Below are positions 1-11,510 of a DNA stretch of 64,000 nt, piece by piece. The DNA is from Eledone cirrhosa (Eukaryota). Positions within the stretch are counted from its first letter, which is position 1, and each line of letters opens with the position of its first letter. Where the stretch lies: the NCBI GenBank assembly GCA_964016885.1, contig OZ024742.1, positions 149,606,001 through 149,670,000 of the forward strand, given 5' to 3'. The position numbers were made by a program, and so were the translations under genes. The notes beneath the pieces were generated by a model. It searched no databases, was not told the DNA's origin, and saw nothing but the letters and a program-made list of their open reading frames with translations.

Positions 1-200
1 AGCATCAGACACCATGCTTTGCAGCATAGAGTGGTGGCCCTTTGTGTTCTGAATTCAAATCCCACTGAGGTTAGCTTTACCTTTCATCCTGGGGGTCGAT
101 AAAATAAAACACCAGTAATGCATTGCATTGGGGTCAATTTAATCGACTTCCCCTCCCCTTCAAATTGCTGGCCTTGTGCCTTTAGTAGAAACAATTATTA
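1..200 (+). mobile_element. tRNA-derived SINE family A (Meta-domain type), partial
   Basis: B-box-like GAATTCAAATCCC; core CCTTTCATCC..GGGGTCGATAAAATAAA..ACCAG; tail GGCCTTGTGCCT..AGAAAC. Confidence 0.85.
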
Positions 201-454
201 TCTGCCTTTGTATTTCACTCTTTCTTGCATTCTCTTTCATGTTATTTCTATCTCCATGTCTCTCATTTGTATGTCTAATCAAGACTGTTTTCTGCCCTCA
301 CCTTCTTTGATGCACCACTTCAAAGGGGGTTTTCAGCGTGTTTGTGTCTGTTCGTTATTAATTTCTTTTTTAAAAATAGATTTCCTGTTTTATGTAGTTT
401 AAGTGTTGATAAAATATTTTGCAATTTATTGAATATTTTCTTATTCTTATTATT

Positions 455-674
455 GGCGTGGATAGGCAGTATCGCTAGAGCATCGGATAACATACTTTGT
501 GGCATATAGTTACGTCCCTTTATGTTCTGAGTTTAAATGTAGCTGAGGTTAGGTTTGCCTTTCATCCTTATGGGGGTCGATGAAATAAAGTACCAGTAAT
601 GCATAGGGGTCAATTTAATTGGCTTTCCCTCCATCAAAATTGTTGGCTTTGTACCTAAATCAGAAACCATTATT
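455..674 (+). mobile_element. SINE family A, full length
   Basis: A-box-like GGCAGTATCG, same core and tail. Confidence 0.85.
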
Positions 675-924
675 TTAAGGGAGAGTAAAGCAAACCCTTG
701 GATTCAACAAGGTACTTATCAGTTATATTTCAATTTCACGGCAATGTGGAAAAACGTTTTATTTATTTATTTTTTTTTTTCACAATGAGCAAGCAAACAC
801 ATGAAGACTGGTCTGTTGTATGAAAAATGCGTTTATGCAGCATATATCTATGTGTGTGTAGTGGATGTAGCATACATGTATGTATGTGTAGTGGATATAG
901 CATATATCTATGTGTGTGTAGCGA

Positions 925-1250
925 ATGCAGCAGGGTTAGATGATTGTGTTCGCTTTACTATCATTAGATCCCAGGTTCGGACTCACTGCATGGCATCTTG
1001 GACAAGTGTCATTTACCATAGTCTTGGGCTGACCCATGCCATATGAGTGAAACTAGGCAGAGAGAAACTATTTAGAAGCCTGTTACATGGATTATACTTG
1101 TAATTCAAAGAGCCAGCCTTGCCACACTGTCTCACACAGAATCTCCCTGGTACATTACAGGTACATTCCTGTGTAACACTCAGCCACATCTCTTGAGCAA
1201 GCTGTTCTGTTGATTGAGCAACTGCAATACACATCGTAGAAATCGATGGA
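925..1250 (+). mobile_element. Decayed OR-like tRNA SINE (family C)
   Basis: GGTTCGGACTC B box and CTTGGACAAGTGTC domain; related head at 62878-62980; related tails at 12775-12920 (-) and 60735-60880 (+). Confidence 0.6.
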
Positions 1251-1689
1251 TGTTCATTCCATATGTGTGTATGAAGCACTAGCAAATGAGGGGTGCAATG
1301 TGGTGGGGTTTTACAAGTACTACAGTTGTTTCTGGTTCTTTTTGGTGGCTCTTCTTAGTCATGTTTCTGCCTCTCTTGGGTTATTCTCTTTCCTTGGCTC
1401 TGTCTCTCTCTCTCTCTCTCTCTCTCTGTTCCATATATATATATATATATCATCATCATCATTTTATGTCCACTTTTCCCTGCTTGCAAGGGTGGGGCGG
1501 GAACTGATTCTGGCTTGATTTCTACAGCTGGATGCCCTTCTTAACACCAACCTCATTTACAGTGAGTGCTGGGTACTTTTTTTCCGTGGCCCTACACATC
1601 CACTTTACAGTGTAGGCTGGGTGCTTCTTTGCTGTGGCACCTCCACGGCCATTTTGTAGTGGAATGATAGGGACCCCACTCCCTATCAT

Positions 1690-1831
1690 CTCATTTCTAC
1701 AGCTGAGTAAACTGGAGCAATGTGAAATAAAGTCTCTTGCTCAAGGAAACAACACATCACCTGGTCTGAGAATTGAACTCACAACCTTTCGATTGCAAGG
1801 CCAATGCTCTAACCACTAAGCCATGTGCCTC
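1690..1831 (-). mobile_element. SINE family B, 5' half
   Basis: Reverse complement of 24226-24365. Confidence 0.8.
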
Positions 1832-1832
1832 C

Positions 1833-1865
<33 letters not shown>

Positions 1866-2199
1866 AGCATCACTGATAGACATGGACATTCTACCACCAA
1901 TAGTATATACACACCCTCATGCAGGAAAGCATACACTCCTACATTACTATCCACTTCATCTCTCCCGATAAACCGTCAACCTCCTCTCTAGTAACTTCAT
2001 TCTTGTATTTTTTTTGGGTGAATGACTAACACCTGATATATTGCCGACATTTCTATTCCTATTCCATACAAGCCTAATCCTAATAAAACATTGTGTAATT
2101 CTCTTCATTTTCACTGGTTTGTTCTAGCACTATATATAATACTTTTATTTCCTTTGGTAAGGTTTCTTTAGCAATTGGTTGCTAGGTGAAGCATGTGAA

Positions 2200-3120
2200 T
2201 TGACATCAGATCAGTCTCTGATCTGAGAGGCTCAATATATCACATAGCATTCTGGCAGTGCTAGTGATGGTAGAAAGTTGGGCCCTGCCTATAAGGTTTG
2301 GGATCCCAAGACTTGATGAAAGATGTAAGGCATTTAGGGACCGTGCCTAGCATCCCAATGACAATTAGCAAAACTTCTGTCTCTAGATGGTGATCAGTTC
2401 TAATAGCGCTTGCAAGGTCTGTGTACTTATTGATCTTTTTCATTTCCTTTTCAGCCATATTGTGGTTTTGAGGGATTGCAATGTCAATTAGTCCATTTTG
2501 GGAGTTGTTTGTTTTTATAACAATATCAGGTCAGCTGTGTTGGACTTTGCGGTCTTGATTTCAAGGTCCCAAAATAACTCTACTCCCTCACCTGATAGGT
2601 AAGATTCAAGAGGAGCATGTTCATACCACTGACATTGCTTTTCTATGTTATATTTTTTGCACAACTCCCAATGGATGCTTTTAGCTATAAGATCATTCTG
2701 GATTTTATAACATCTTTTTGCAAATTGCTCACATCCACTAGCATTATATGCCACAGATTCGTCTGCTTTATAGCATACTCTGCAACGTGGAGAGCAATTT
2801 TGTCCATCGATGTTAGTTTTCACCCAATTGGTTCTGAATGCCTGATCTTGTGCTTCAGTGATCTTTTCTAGCCAACCTGACCTAAGCCAAAACCTAGGAT
2901 CAGCAATGTCTTTAATGGCAGCTGTAAATTTGCCACGAAGAGCCTTTTTTTTTCTATGTCTGTTGTCGTTTCTCTCTAAAGGCTTTGTTGAATGCTTTCA
3001 TACCTTGACTTTCTGTTATAAAGTCTTCCTTCAGAACTTCTCTAAGTAGTGGTTCTTCAATTAATGTCAGATTTAATGTCAGATAGTCCCACAAGCTATT
3101 GCACTCACTCCCTACACATT
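2200..3120 (-). mobile_element. Degenerate R4/Dong-like non-LTR retrotransposon C-terminus (CCHC knuckle plus restriction-like endonuclease)
   Basis: Frameshifted ORFs CRVCYKADESVAY..SGC..IHWELCKKY, WDLEIKT, IDIAIP..EKEMKKINKYTDLA, VIGMLGTVPK. Confidence 0.8.
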
Positions 3121-3128
3121 GCTCAACA

Positions 3129-3468
3129 TACTTTATTTTATCAACTCCACAAGGATGAAAGGCAAAGCTAACCTCGGCGGGATTTGAACTCAGAACGTAA
3201 AGGGCCGTAACTCTCTTCTGCAAAGCATAGTGTCCGACATTCTATCGATTCTGCCAATCCACATCTAATCATAATGATTTCTAGTATAGGCACAAGGCCA
3301 GTAATTTATTAAATTGACCCCAGTACGTTACTGGTGCTTTATTTTAGTGACACCATAAGGATGAAAGGCAAAATTAACCTCAGCAGGATTTGAACTCAGA
3401 CCATAAAGGGCCGTAACTCTATGCTGCAAAGCATGGTGTCCAATTCTCTACTGATACTTCCAATCCAC
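3129..3468 (-). mobile_element. Two tandem SINE family A copies (3129-3262, 3275-3468)
   Basis: Reverse complement of head and core occurs twice. Confidence 0.85.
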
Positions 3469-3856
3469 ATATAATAATAATAATGATAATAATAATATTT
3501 TTTATACTGGTATGGGAGTTTTTGAGACAATGCTTTACTGCTGGATGCATTCTTCATGCCAACCTTTTTAGTTGTTTTTATGACATGTAGAGATAGTGTA
3601 CTTGTTTTAAACTGGGACACACGTGGAAGAGAGCCACAGTTAAATAAGGTACTTCAAATGAATAAAACAGTTTTAGCCTTGTAGAAGTCATTTCTATATG
3701 ATATATATATATATCATCATCATCATCATCATCATCATTTAACGTCCATCTTCCACGCTAGCATGGGTTAGACGGTTTTGTACCATTTGATGTGGGAATG
3801 GTCGGGAGACCATGTCTCGCTTGCACGGAAGCATCTCTGGCATATATATATATATA

Positions 3857-4066
3857 TGGAGGATGACTGCTGGGTAAAGAAGTGCCAAGAAATCCTAGTA
3901 GAAGGAAGACACAGTAGAGGAAGATGATGAAAAACATGGGCGGAGGTGGTGAGAGCAGACCTCAGATCGCTGAAACTCACAGAGGAGATGACGAAGGACT
4001 GTGACAAGTGGAGAGATGCTGTGCTGAATAGGACCCGTCCAAAAGCGGACGTAAAATGATGATGAT
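3857..4066 (+). mobile_element. RTE-clade LINE 3' end with (TGA)n tail
   Basis: Translates EDDCWVKKC..VEGRHSRGR..KTWAEVVRADL..EMTKDCDKWR; a related tail lies inverted at ~3714-3795. Confidence 0.7.
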
Positions 4067-4372
4067 ATATATAGTAATAATAAATGTGAAGACTAAAATC
4101 CGAAGAGGGCTCGATAAGGATTATATATATAATATATATATATATAAACCAGTAGAGCAAATATTTATTATGAGAACAGATTAAAGTTTAAGCAAAGAAT
4201 TGTATATATATTCTCCATTTTGTACATACAAACACCCTCCTCTTGTGCTTTTTGTATTTCAAGACTTTCACTCTCCTTCTCTCCTTTTCTAACTCTCTCA
4301 TTGCCTCCATCTATATATCTATCTTTTTTCTTATATATATTTCTGTCTTTTCTTCACTCCTCCCATTTATAG

Positions 4373-4470
4373 TAGACTTAAAAATACCATGTAAAAGAAA
4401 GAATTTAACACATTACCCAAACCCTTCCTTCTCATTTACTGGCACATACCCCACACCCATAGAGGATATG
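4373..4470 (+). CDS. Candidate exon of an unidentified upstream gene (DLKIPCKRKNLTHYPNPSFSFTGTYPTPIEDM)
   Basis: Long pyrimidine tract plus tatag acceptor (NAGNAG); ATG|gttaag donor; phase 1-0. Confidence 0.45.
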
Positions 4471-5564
4471 GTTAAGTATTTTGAGTTAGCTGTTTCTCTT
4501 CCTATCTAATCAGTTCTAGTATGATTCATGCATAGTCAGAGCTAAATTTACCATTTACATTCCCCCACTGTCATATATATCTTTTTAACTTTTCTCTCTA
4601 ATCTCTTCTTTTAGGATTTTTATCTCCTTTTCCCCATCTCTTTCATCTTGTCCATATATTGATATGTATATAGTTTGCAATTTGAAAAATTGTTTACAGA
4701 TTATAAAATAATGAAAGTTATTATGTACAGTGCTCAATCAAATTCCAAGATTTTATTTATTTATTTTCACTGTGAAAAATAACAAACTACGGGTGTGTAT
4801 ATGTGTACATATATGCATACATGCACTTTCTCCATATATTCCTCTCATTGTTTTTTCTTGTGTCTCTCATTCTGTCTTTCTCATAACATGCAGATGTTGT
4901 TGAATCATATGTGTAATATAAAGTATATTTTCTCGTCACATTAATAAGAAAATGCACATCTCCCCCATCATTTTCATCTTTATATCTAGAGATGATTGTT
5001 ACTGGATGTGTAGTTTTGACCAGATATGCTTGGGAAGCTCTCTAGCATAAATTTAAATGTGATTAAGCAATTAATAGCTCCCCATAAGTTCATTTGTACT
5101 TGATATAAGATTATCAGGGGGTTGTTTCAGGATGAATTTAAGCACTTTGTAACCACCTTGTCAATATTTGGGTATACTGTTCTACAATGTTGGATTTGAT
5201 GTAAGCAATTCGTTTTTATAGATGATATAAAGATTGCGGTTGATATAAAGTTGTTAAACTAGTCAAGCTGATTGACTAAATAAATGTTCCTTCACTAAGA
5301 AATGTCCTTGCAGGGAGCTTGATGGTGATAAATGTGTGCTAATTCAGACAAAACTGATCCATTTGTTTGAAAGGTAACTGCTTTGACACAAATGTCATCA
5401 AAATCTTCAGGTTTACCCTTTTGTTTACATGAATCTTTCAAATAACACTAAAAAGTTGCAACTGGCAGAATCTCTAAACTGGCATCATACTAGATAAAAG
5501 GCTAATGTTTTACATCCACACTTTGTTTATAGCAGTACTAGATATTTCAAATTTGTATTAACCA

Positions 5565-5730
5565 AATCAATGGTTGTATGATTTGCTAGAAATAGCAACA
5601 ATATCTCCATCATATGACACCTTACTATCTTTAAAAAAGGAAAGGCACATTGGAAAATGTAAGATTATGGTTGGGATTCCTTTGATCATAAGTCTATCAA
5701 TCAAGGCTGACTTGATAATAAACACTAACG
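5565..5730 (+). repeat. Dispersed repeat family (ctagaaatagc...gatcataagtct..tcaa..gctgactt..aaacaac)
   Basis: Similar segments at 22590-22780, 55235-55440, 50340-50430 and 21680-21950 (-). Confidence 0.55.
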
Positions 5731-5957
5731 ACTAGATAGTAAAAAACATATGCAATGTGTATTGACTGTAATACTTCACTTTACATGACAGTATAGTTGC
5801 TAACACACAAGAAATCTGAGTTGCTATTGAGTATATATTAACTAACTCAGAGCTAGAGGTTCACTTGAGCCAGGTCCAGATTAAATCTATTTGAAGCTCT
5901 AAGTATATATAAAGTCTGCAAAGACATTTTTGCATGATTGACATTTAATTTAAATAG

Positions 5958-5983
5958 AATGGTGCCCTTCTTCCCTTAATGAC
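5958..5983 (+). CDS. Candidate 26-nt exon of the upstream gene (NGALLPLM)
   Basis: aatag acceptor (weak tract); strong AC|gtaagt donor; phase 0-2 bridges the flanking candidates. Confidence 0.4.
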
Positions 5984-8253
5984 GTAAGTGCTTATTTACT
6001 TACTGGTTAATCCAGCCTTGGCTTGAGCAGACTTCAAATGGTTTCAGCATTGATCAATTCCACCAAAACAAAACATAATTATTTCCTTCTAAACCCATTA
6101 TATGCCATTAATTGTTTATTGAACCACAATGCTGCTGGATGTTTTGTTTATGAGCAACATAAATATAAACTGTCATTGCAGACTTTGGGATGCAGTGGTA
6201 GCTAAGTTGCTCCCCTCTTTGATTGTGTAATATTTTAGCTTTAATCTTTGACCTAATATAAGTAGTCCATCGTTGTTGTTTTTTGTAAATACTGCTTTCA
6301 ATTTCGTTTGTTGCAGTGTTTATACAAAAAGAAAACATTTAAATGAAATAATCATGGTCATTGAAATTATATCCTCACAAAATCCCCCAAACATAAACAA
6401 CATAGCAAAATGTTTCTATGCTAGAAACAAAGAGATTTAACAGGTGTTTTTTAAAGTCACTACTACTATGTGACTGATAAAATGTATCATCTAATGGGCA
6501 TTACTTAGGATTACAGCCATCTATCTGATTGAAGATATGTGTTTTGTACACATGCCATCTATGTATATTTGTATAGAACATTTATGTAGACTGAGTAATG
6601 ACATGATCCTGCACACATTTTCCCATATACTTATCTATTATGAGTATATAAATGTTACTGCTCACTTTTAAACTGTTGATATTAAGGCATATGAAGACAG
6701 ACATGCACACACACATACACACATCTCTCTCTACAAATATATATATGCACAAACGTAGATACATACTCTGTGTGTGTGTGAACAAAGGGTAGAGGCCAAA
6801 ATTCCTGAGGAGAGTGCTCTGCATGAAGTGTATACATTGAAATAGAATCTCACATTCTGAATATGGTGGAGGGAAAAAACCTTCAATCAACTGGGACTAT
6901 CCTTGGAATGTCAAGACAAAAATTGCTTTTGTTGGGGTTAAGTTGATGGGAAGCAATCAAATGTGAGAACTTCTATAGTCTAAGCTGATGCATGTCTTTT
7001 GGAACATTTCTAGACATATCTGTTGCTTTCACCAAGCTGGCATAAAAACGAGGTTCACTCCCATTGCACTATCTAGAAATTTCTTGCCACTATATATCAT
7101 GTAACAAGCATCATGTAACCAGCATTTCAGTTGGAGAGAGAAACCCTTTGTTACCAGCAGAGGTAATTGTTTCTTGAAATTTTTCTAATCCATTCTTATC
7201 CTATTACTAGATGACTTAGGTCACCTAGGTAGCAAAAGCTAAGAGCTATTTTTAGTGAGCTTTTGATCATTCGACAGTATCTGCCTCACATGTTCTCTTA
7301 CAGCTCGCTGCTCTATTATATCTGCCACATATGAAGCTCACCCTCTTGTCAACCTGTTTATGATCCCACTATATTACTTGTGATTCCATAGTTTAAAGTA
7401 TGTGTACCATATAAAATTTCGACCTACTCCTTTTCTACATTTCAAGAACAGCTATCACCTTGATGGCAACAGGGCTTACAGTCAGGCAGTCTTAAAACCT
7501 CTGTTATGGCCTGAAAGATTATAATAAATAGGAGGTACTTGAGTAATGAGCCATAGTGGACTCCTCTTGCTAACTATATTTAATATTTAGCACCTTCCCT
7601 TGCTACTTGATATTGTTCACTCACTGCCGGTCCTTTTCTTTTAGCTTTTCTGATTGCATCTTAGCTTTCACGGATTGTGTCCGTCTGTTTATAGATACAA
7701 TATATATGCATCAATGATAATATTAAGGAAATTTATTTTTGTTATGACTTCCTGAGCTTTGTACAGCACTTATGTAAATGCCAACCATCACTTCACCATC
7801 CATAAAAACTGTAAACAATCTTATAAAATAATGTGTCGTGATATGAATTGTACATAAATAATGTTTGGATCAATTTATGTAAGCTCATTTCTTATTGGTA
7901 TTCTTTTAATTGAATCTCTCTAAAGATAGATAAATCAATGAATAAATTAAATGAGAGAGCAAGAATAAATATGAAAATATTTTATGACAAAAAAAAAAGA
8001 CAAACACAAGAGAAAGAATGGAGGAGTAAGAGAAAGAAGATAGTTGCTAGCTAAGCTGACACAATAAAGGAGAGACAGAAAGAAAGCATATTTCATAGAA
8101 TTGCTGAAAATAGCAGCTAAATCTCCACTAATTAAAAACCGTATCATTATAAAAGTATAGTGAGAGATTGAACAAGGCAGTAATGTTTGGGAGTCGGGAA
8201 ACTTTTCTTCAAGTTCATTTGAAAGAATGTTTTTATATTTCTTGTGTACATAG

Positions 8254-8401
8254 GTGGGCACAAAGTTTAGATTGGTTAGAATATAAAGCTCATAATACAC
8301 AGCAGGAAATACAATCTAGAATTCTCCATTTTTCAGAGTATTTCATGGAGTTTCCTTGGACTAGGTGTATCCTATGTTTTCCAATTGTCTTACCTACTAT
8401 G
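8254..8401 (+). CDS. Candidate exon of the upstream gene (WAQSLDWLEYKAHNTQQEIQSRILHFSEYFMEFPWTRCILCFPIVLPTM)
   Basis: acatag acceptor after a T-rich tract; phase 2 entry; 49 open codons; putative ATG|gcaagc GC donor (3' boundary uncertain). Confidence 0.45.
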
Positions 8402-8616
8402 GCAAGCTTGTCTCTCTCTTCTTTGTGTGATGGCACTCACAGCATCTCATCTACTCTTCATATATTGATTTGAAATCTACTTAAACTATCTTCTGTCTAA
8501 CCATTCTCAGCTCACTGCAGTATTCAAAGAATATCCTAATTTTAATTAGTTTCTTCAATTTGATCTGTCTTTCCTTCCAGATCTTTTGTATGAACAGTAG
8601 TGACAATAACACATAA

Positions 8617-8792
8617 TCATATTGGTTTCAAATTTAGGCACAAGACCAGCAAATATGGTGGTAGGGGAAAATTAATTAAACCAACCCCAGATTCTGGAAA
8701 AATGAAAGGAAAAGTTGACCTCGGTGAAATTTGAACTCAGAACATAAAAGGTGTAAATCATTTGTCTGAAGATCTAATGATTCTGCCAATCC
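8617..8792 (-). mobile_element. SINE family A, internally deleted
   Basis: Reverse-complement tail (aatttaggcacaag), B box (atttgaactcag) and head (ttctgccaatcc). Confidence 0.7.
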
Positions 8793-8892
8793 CTATAATC
8801 ACATTGGGATTATTTATATCCTTAATTCCTCTACACATGATGTTATAAGTTAACTAAGTTTTAAGTCTAATATATAATAAAGTATTTACAGA

Positions 8893-9323
8893 TCAGAAAA
8901 CAGCACAGCTCCCATGACTTTCGTAGACATTTTTTCACGCTCAGAGTTGCTGAAGCATGGAACAAACTGCCTGCGTCAATTGTTAGCTGCCGAGACACTG
9001 CATCCTTTAAGACACTCATGCTTCCCGAAATACGCCAAAACTACACCTGATGTACCCCTTCCATACACATGCACACATGTGTGCATCATGACTCGTGCAC
9101 TGTTCATTTTACTGATGTTTGTGCATTGCCCTATGTACTGTACATGCACTTTTTTGATGAGTTGTGGTGCACCTGGCCACTGTACACAATATTTCATTAT
9201 TGTTATCATTATTATATCATGACTCATACACTGTTCATTTTCCTGACATTTGTACATTATTCTATGTACTATACATGCACCTTTGATGAGTTGTAGTGCA
9301 CCTGAGCACTGTACACAATAATT

Positions 9324-9352
<29 letters not shown>
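8893..9352 (+). mobile_element. 3' fragment of the same CR1-group LINE with a doubled 3' UTR and tail
   Basis: Reverse-complement match to ~16025-16337; terminal ~130 bp present twice; (ATT)n tail. Confidence 0.88.
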
Positions 9353-9356
<4 letters not shown>

Positions 9357-9494
9357 CTAGTGATTTTTCTCCGAAATTCTATCCAATTTCTTTTAGATAT
9401 GGTGATTTTGTTATCATTCTCATAACATTACTTTTCCTGCCAATTCACACTTAATTTCTTTAGTGCCATATTACAGATTGGATTCTATTTTCAG

Positions 9495-9536
9495 TGCATT
9501 TTATGTGCTGTACACACATACACCCAAGTGTTTTGA
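9495..9536 (+). CDS. Candidate last coding exon of the upstream gene (CILCAVHTYTQVF-stop)
   Basis: ttttcag acceptor; GAG|gtatgt donor at 9538; 88-nt intron to a further good acceptor at 9625. The reading frame depends on the previous donor. Confidence 0.4.
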   Translation, partial: CILCAVHTYTQVF

Positions 9537-10206
9537 GGTATGTTCCTCAAATAGTAAAAATTCCTTTAGCTCTAATGAGGAAAATATCTCTCTATAGACA
9601 AATTCTTCATTGTCTTTACTCTCAGATGGCACATATAACATTTGTTGTTCAGGAAGGTAAATATAGAAACCACAGTCTATTTTAGTTATGTATTTCTTGC
9701 CATATTGACCTTCACTCGGTTGGAGACTAATGCGACAACTATCCTTTTCATAATACTATTTACATAACCATCATAACAAGTAATGGAGAAATTAAGTAAG
9801 CCATATATAAATATTATCTTCAGACACTTGTCAGTTTGTGTAGTGTTTGATGGGTAACCAAATGAACACACCCAAATATATTAAGGAGTCACTTTAATTA
9901 AAGTAGAATATAGATAATGTTCTTTAAATAAATTAGTATGGCTGTTTTAGGAATTAGCTAGGATTTGCTTTTTTGATAACAAATTATCTGGAGCTATCCT
10001 GGATTTATGATGCAAAAACTGCACATTTTAAAATATTTATTCTTATATCAAAGCCATTCATCGCAATTTCATTTTAGAAATGTTTCTTAATTAATATTCT
10101 AAGTATCAGCTTACTGATGAAAACTTTAGTTAGTTTATTAAGTACCTCTTAATTTTTGGTAATTTTCGAAATTAATTGAAATGCATAGACTGTACTTTAT
10201 TAGAGA

Positions 10207-11510
10207 CTAGCAGAAGTGCCCGGCGTTGCTCGGGGCTGAGGAACTGATGTATTATAATGAATATTCCATCTCGTTTGGTTTGCAGGCCTTGTGTGTCATG
10301 GTCTCTGTTAACTACGGTATATATAATCTGGTTGCAGCTAGAAAAATAGACATACCGCAGCAGGGTTTGTACCTACATAGGTGATCCCCTGTCTATTTGA
10401 CTTTCGCCTGACCTAACTGAGGTCGTAGGTGAAAGGGATAGGATCAATCACTTTTTGATAGGACAAAGAAAACGTTTGTTGGTGCCTGTTTATGTCGTGG
10501 TTTTGGGTTCAATCCCTAATTTTTTTTATTCCTTACTGAAAGTACTTAATGAACCTGTGAACGTCCCTAGCAGTTAAGAATGAGAAATTGAATTGTTTCT
10601 GGCGCGATTGTACTCTCGTCATTGTTAACGAAAACTACATTGAAACACGCACAGACACGTGTGTGGAATGACGGTAATACACACACACACACACACATGC
10701 TAACGGCGACATAACATTTACCGGTTATATAAACTTTTCATGCTATATAGCATCGTACTGACTACATAGCCTTTTACCTGTTACATAGCTTTACCGGCTA
10801 CATAATGAATACCGGCTACGCAATTGATCTTGTTGTTTAAGGAAGTCTGCGAATAGTGTTTTAAAAAATTATTATTTAACTCACATCATGTGAAATTTAA
10901 GGGTAGTATTATCCTCATGAAGATTAACAACCGAAAATAAAAATAATTATGTCGTTTGATTTTACGATTGAAAGAAAATAATTGTCGCAAATTAGAATTT
11001 TTATTTGTTAATGAAGTGTGTATGTGTGGTTAGAAATCCGGCACGTGGTTAAATTGATTTAAAGTTTAATTATTCATTTGATGTGAGTGTGTGTTTGTAT
11101 GTGTTTGCAAATAAATAAATCAGTTTGAAGACTCACATTTAGAATAAACGAAATTGTACGTTAATGTGGCTAATGTTTTTGTTGTTTAGTCTGTAAAGTG
11201 TATGAGTGAGAGAGTAAAACGGACAGTATCACCATCATCATGAACAATATAAAATGAAAAGAATAGTTGTTTCAGCTTGGAAAGAGAAAGTAGCAGAAAG
11301 TATGAAGTTGTATAGATTTTGAAAGGTAATTGAAAGAGGTTAAAACCAGTTGAAATGAGAGAGGATATCGTAAAATATTGAGTTTTATCGATTTTTTGCG
11401 TAATTGTGGGTGAAATTGAAAAAAATATATGTGCCATGACCCAATTGAAGAAATTCTATACCGTAGATTTCTATAACAAAGAAATGTGACCATACACTGA
11501 GCTTTATAGA
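10207..11510 (-). mobile_element. Non-autonomous Helitron (~1.3 kb)
   Basis: On the minus strand it begins A|TCTATAAAGC (11510) and ends with GC hairpin CCCGAGCAACGCCGGG (10234-10219) followed by CTAG|T (10207). A/T target, no TSD, internal (CA)n. Confidence 0.75.

Noticed and set aside
6890-7700. Possible very old LINE fragment on the minus strand
   Set aside because: Composition is suggestive, but no motif could be read with confidence.
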